Shown here: in pieces, positions 44,769-48,033 of the stretch | How positions within the stretch are numbered: position 1 is the first letter of the stretch | Layout of the letters: the number at the start of each line of letters is the position of its first letter | Origin: Eledone cirrhosa | Lineage: Eukaryota | Assembly: GCA_964016885.1 (NCBI GenBank) | Contig: CAXHJY010001238.1 | Span: 1-48,033, forward strand | Length of the DNA stretch: 48,033 nt | Direction of reading: 5' to 3' | The notes under the pieces: model-generated | What the model saw: the letters and a program-made list of their open reading frames with translations, nothing else | Told to the model about the DNA's origin: nothing | The model's database searches: none | Translations under genes and position numbers: made by a program

Positions 44769-45818
44769 CTTATATATAGACATATATATATGCACACACA
44801 CTCAGCAACACAGTCACAGAATTAATCTGTGTGTCTGCGTGTGTCTGCGTGAGCTTACAAATGCAATGGGCCACCGTCGGTTGCAGCGGTGAGTATTTCA
44901 GGTTTACTGAGGTACCAGTTGCTCCTGAAATTACTGTACATTCGACTGAACATTCTCCGAACACCTGTAAGGACATTCAGCATGACACAGGTGCAACAAT
45001 ACTTATACTCTCAACTACAGGTGTATCTTGTATTACAGTAGTAGTGTACCACAATAGAATTCTAAGGGAGATTCAGCATGTGACAATAGCTGACTCTTCA
45101 AAATGCTGGTTCAATTCATTTGACGGAATTCTAAACACTTTCCATATACATATGTACATATATATATATATATACATACATACATAATCACATACATACA
45201 TAATTACATATATACATAATTACATACATAATTACATTCATACATACATACATATATACAAAACATATATCATAATGACATACATACGTGCATACATGTA
45301 TAACCACATATATATGCATACAGACATACATAACCACATATATAAATATATACATAACCACATACATACATACATACATACATAACACATACATACATAC
45401 ATACATACATACATACATACAGGCGTACGTACATAGACACATACATATATATATACATACATATATACATACAGACGTGCATACATACAGGCGTACGTAC
45501 ACACGTACATCAAATGCAGAAGACCTCCGTCAGAACAGATTGTGATTCTGTGTGTAGCAGATACGGTGACAGACACACAGACACAGCACTGATACTGCTG
45601 CAGGGAGAGAGGGAGAGAGAATGAGAGAGAGGGAGAGAGGAGAGAATGAGAGAGAGGGAGAGAGAATGAGAGAGGGGGAGGTAGGGAGAGAGAGGGGGGG
45701 AGAGAGAGGGGGGAGAGAGAGGGAGGAGAGGGGGAGATGGAGATAGAGAGGGGTAGATAGATAGATAAATAGGTAGATAGATAAATAGATAGGTAGATAG
45801 AGATAGGTAGATAGATAT

Positions 45819-46390
45819 ATTTCTTTATTAGCCACAGGGGCACAAAAGAAGGGGACAAATACAAAGGGGGAAGTTTACATACAATAAAAACGTGTAAAAT
45901 GTTATCACAGATGGAATTTAAAAGTTAGTCGATTTTCCCAATAGAGGGAGACAGTTTATATGGGTAACACAGACCCCCGAAAAAAATGTGCAACCCTCAT
46001 CTCCAGGAGTACGAAGAGCTTGTACTCCTTTCCTCTCCTCCTCCTTTTCCTCAACCTACAGGCTGATATAGAGAGAAGGCCCATTCACTCGGGCCATTCT
46101 CGCCACTTTCACCCACCTTTCATAAAACTTGCTGGGGTACAGCACCTCTCTCTCCATCCTGATTCTTCTTCCAAAGTGGTATTTGAAAAAAGAATCAGTT
46201 GTTGGCCGGAGAGAAAGGTGTCTGACCTCAGCCCTTTCAACTTGTCCACCATACAACCTCTTTCGCCATAGCTATCACACAAAGGAAAACCGCCTCTCCT
46301 TCGTTTTTGAAGGAGGGTGGCGGTTTGATCATGACAATGGACTCGGTGGTCAACTGGATTGGTCCCACCCGCGACAATAGTCGTTCCACA
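45819..46390 (-). mobile_element. L1/Tx1-like LINE 3' fragment inside (GATA)n
   Basis: ORF end FFKYHFGRRIRMEREVLYPSKFYERWVKVARM; 3' end CCCCTGTGGCTAATAAAGAAA runs into (TATC)n; the same terminus recurs at 31124-31170. Clade assigned from recall. Confidence 0.55.
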
Positions 46391-46929
46391 TAGGTAGATA
46401 GATAAATAGATAGGTAGATAGAGATAGGTAGATAGATAAATAAATAGGTAGATAGAGATAGGTAGATAGATAAATAAATAGGTAGATAGGTAGATAGAGA
46501 TAGGTAGATAGATAAATAGATAGGTAGATAGAGATAGGTAGATAGATAAATAAATAGGTAGATAGGTAGATAGAGATAGGTAGATAGGTAGATAGAGATA
46601 GGTAGATAGATAAATAGATAGGTAGATAGGTAGATAGAGATAGGTAGATAGATAAATAGATAGGTAGGTAGATAGATAGATAGATATATTTCTTTATTAA
46701 TTTATTATAGACAAACAGGTAGTAAGAGAGGTATATATAATATTATATATAGTTATAGATTGCTAGGTAGGTTGGCAGATAACAGCCATATTGATTTTAG
46801 GCCTACTTGTCCATTCTGGCACAGAGTGGGTTGGACACAGGCAGAATTTAAACTTAGAGGACGGAGAGCCGAATAAATACAGCAAGGCACCTCATCCAAC
46901 CCCCTACCTATGATTACCATATACTGTCA

Positions 46930-47035
46930 CTCTGGACTGGTACATTCTTATTTACAGACACTGAAAGGATGAAAGGAAAAGTTGATCTCCGCGAAACTTG
47001 AACCCAAAGAACAAGGAATCAGAACTAATATGGCA
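46930..47035 (-). mobile_element. Degenerate SINE fragment
   Basis: ACTGGTAC...GAAAGGATGAAAGG.AAAGTTGA.CTC shared with the other SINE copies. Confidence 0.7.
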
Positions 47036-47399
47036 GATCATTCTAGAATATACCTCAGATTTCAAAGATTTTTTAAAATTGTTTAAATCGTAGAACATAC
47101 TCCCGGTGCCCAAATAATAAGGGTGGTGGTGGTGGTGGTGGAATAAACGGGTGGGTTGGACGTTTGCTTAAATTCTTATAAACGGGAGGAAGGGTGAAAT
47201 CGGTAAGTATATAGTGTATGTTCGTCATAAATATGGGATTTCTTGTAATGTTCTTTTTTTTTTTCATATAAAATAAAATAATTATTAGATTCTCCAGCTG
47301 CAGTATCGATATGAATCACTTACAATAAAATATCGCCGGAGATTGATTAGCAAAATTTAATAAGCAGAGGTGGTGGGGTGATTACTCAAGACCCTGAAA

Positions 47400-47680
47400 G
47401 TACGCATTTTGTGACGAGAGTAGCCCAGAGGAGACTGGGGTTAGCTGGACATGCTCACCGACATCCAGAGTTGACACTGCACTCAGTGCTCCTGTGGAGC
47501 CCCTGCATGGACGGACACACTGGAAGAGGAAGACCGAAGTTGACATATATTGATGCCTAAGGACAGACACCGGTCCCTTGGCGACGCAGGACATGGCTGG
47601 CAGCGATAATGATGGACAGAGACCGCTGGAGAGAACTCGTCCATAGATCTCGGGAATTTTACCCGCCTAGACATAGACTA
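47400..47680 (+). mobile_element. RTE/RTEX-like LINE C-terminal fragment
   Basis: RRLGLAGHAHRHPE...LLWSP...GRGRPKLTYID and, in a shifted frame, MMDRDRWRELV. Confidence 0.75.
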
Positions 47681-48033
47681 TGCGTTTCCGTTGACTTCAA
47701 TACAATTAGACCCTGAAAACCCCAACAAACAACACTCAAGACAGCAAACGCGAAATTCACGACCTTGACTTAACCGTTTGAATGAGCTTGTAAATCTGGC
47801 GTTGAACATTCCACCAGTATTCCTACGATCCTGTACGACTTATTGCAAAGCGCTCAGATTATCGCTATTACCTCACCATGTCTAATGATGAGGGCGACAT
47901 AGTTACTGGCGGAATGGTCAGGGGAACACAACATTTGAAAAATAAGAATTGGAAGGGGGGGGGGGGTGATATTACAAATGACAAAAATTCATTCATAAAA
48001 TACTTCAACCGGAACAGTCGTGTCTTTAACACA

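Overview
Gene-free, repeat-saturated animal DNA. Kilobase (TA)n/(CA)n/(CAC)n/(GA)n microsatellites plus tRNA-headed SINEs that I recall as octopod-type suggest an Octopus-like cephalopod (inference). No host gene is supportable; nearly all long ORFs are microsatellite read-through. The non-simple sequence is mostly transposon relics: RTE, RTEX-like, CRE-like, Hero/NeSL-like and Tx1/L1-like LINE pieces, a mariner, a pogo-type MITE and SINEs. The standout signal is a dense set of type I hammerhead ribozyme (HHR) motifs from several unrelated sequence families: about 9 complete or near-complete cores plus 3 half-motifs. Most have an 8-nt palindromic stem III (ACACGTGT, ACGATCGT, ACAATTGT, ACGCGCGT, ACGGCCGT, near-palindromic ATATGTAT) and often a 60-105 nt stem II. 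Many sit in fold-back (inverted-duplicated) elements next to or inside (TA)n arrays. The largest (21415-24208) encodes the C-terminus of a Penelope-like (PLE) GIY-YIG endonuclease, pointing to a microsatellite-dwelling PLE/ribozyme system with tiny non-autonomous hairpin derivatives. All folds were paired by eye; none was computed or tested.
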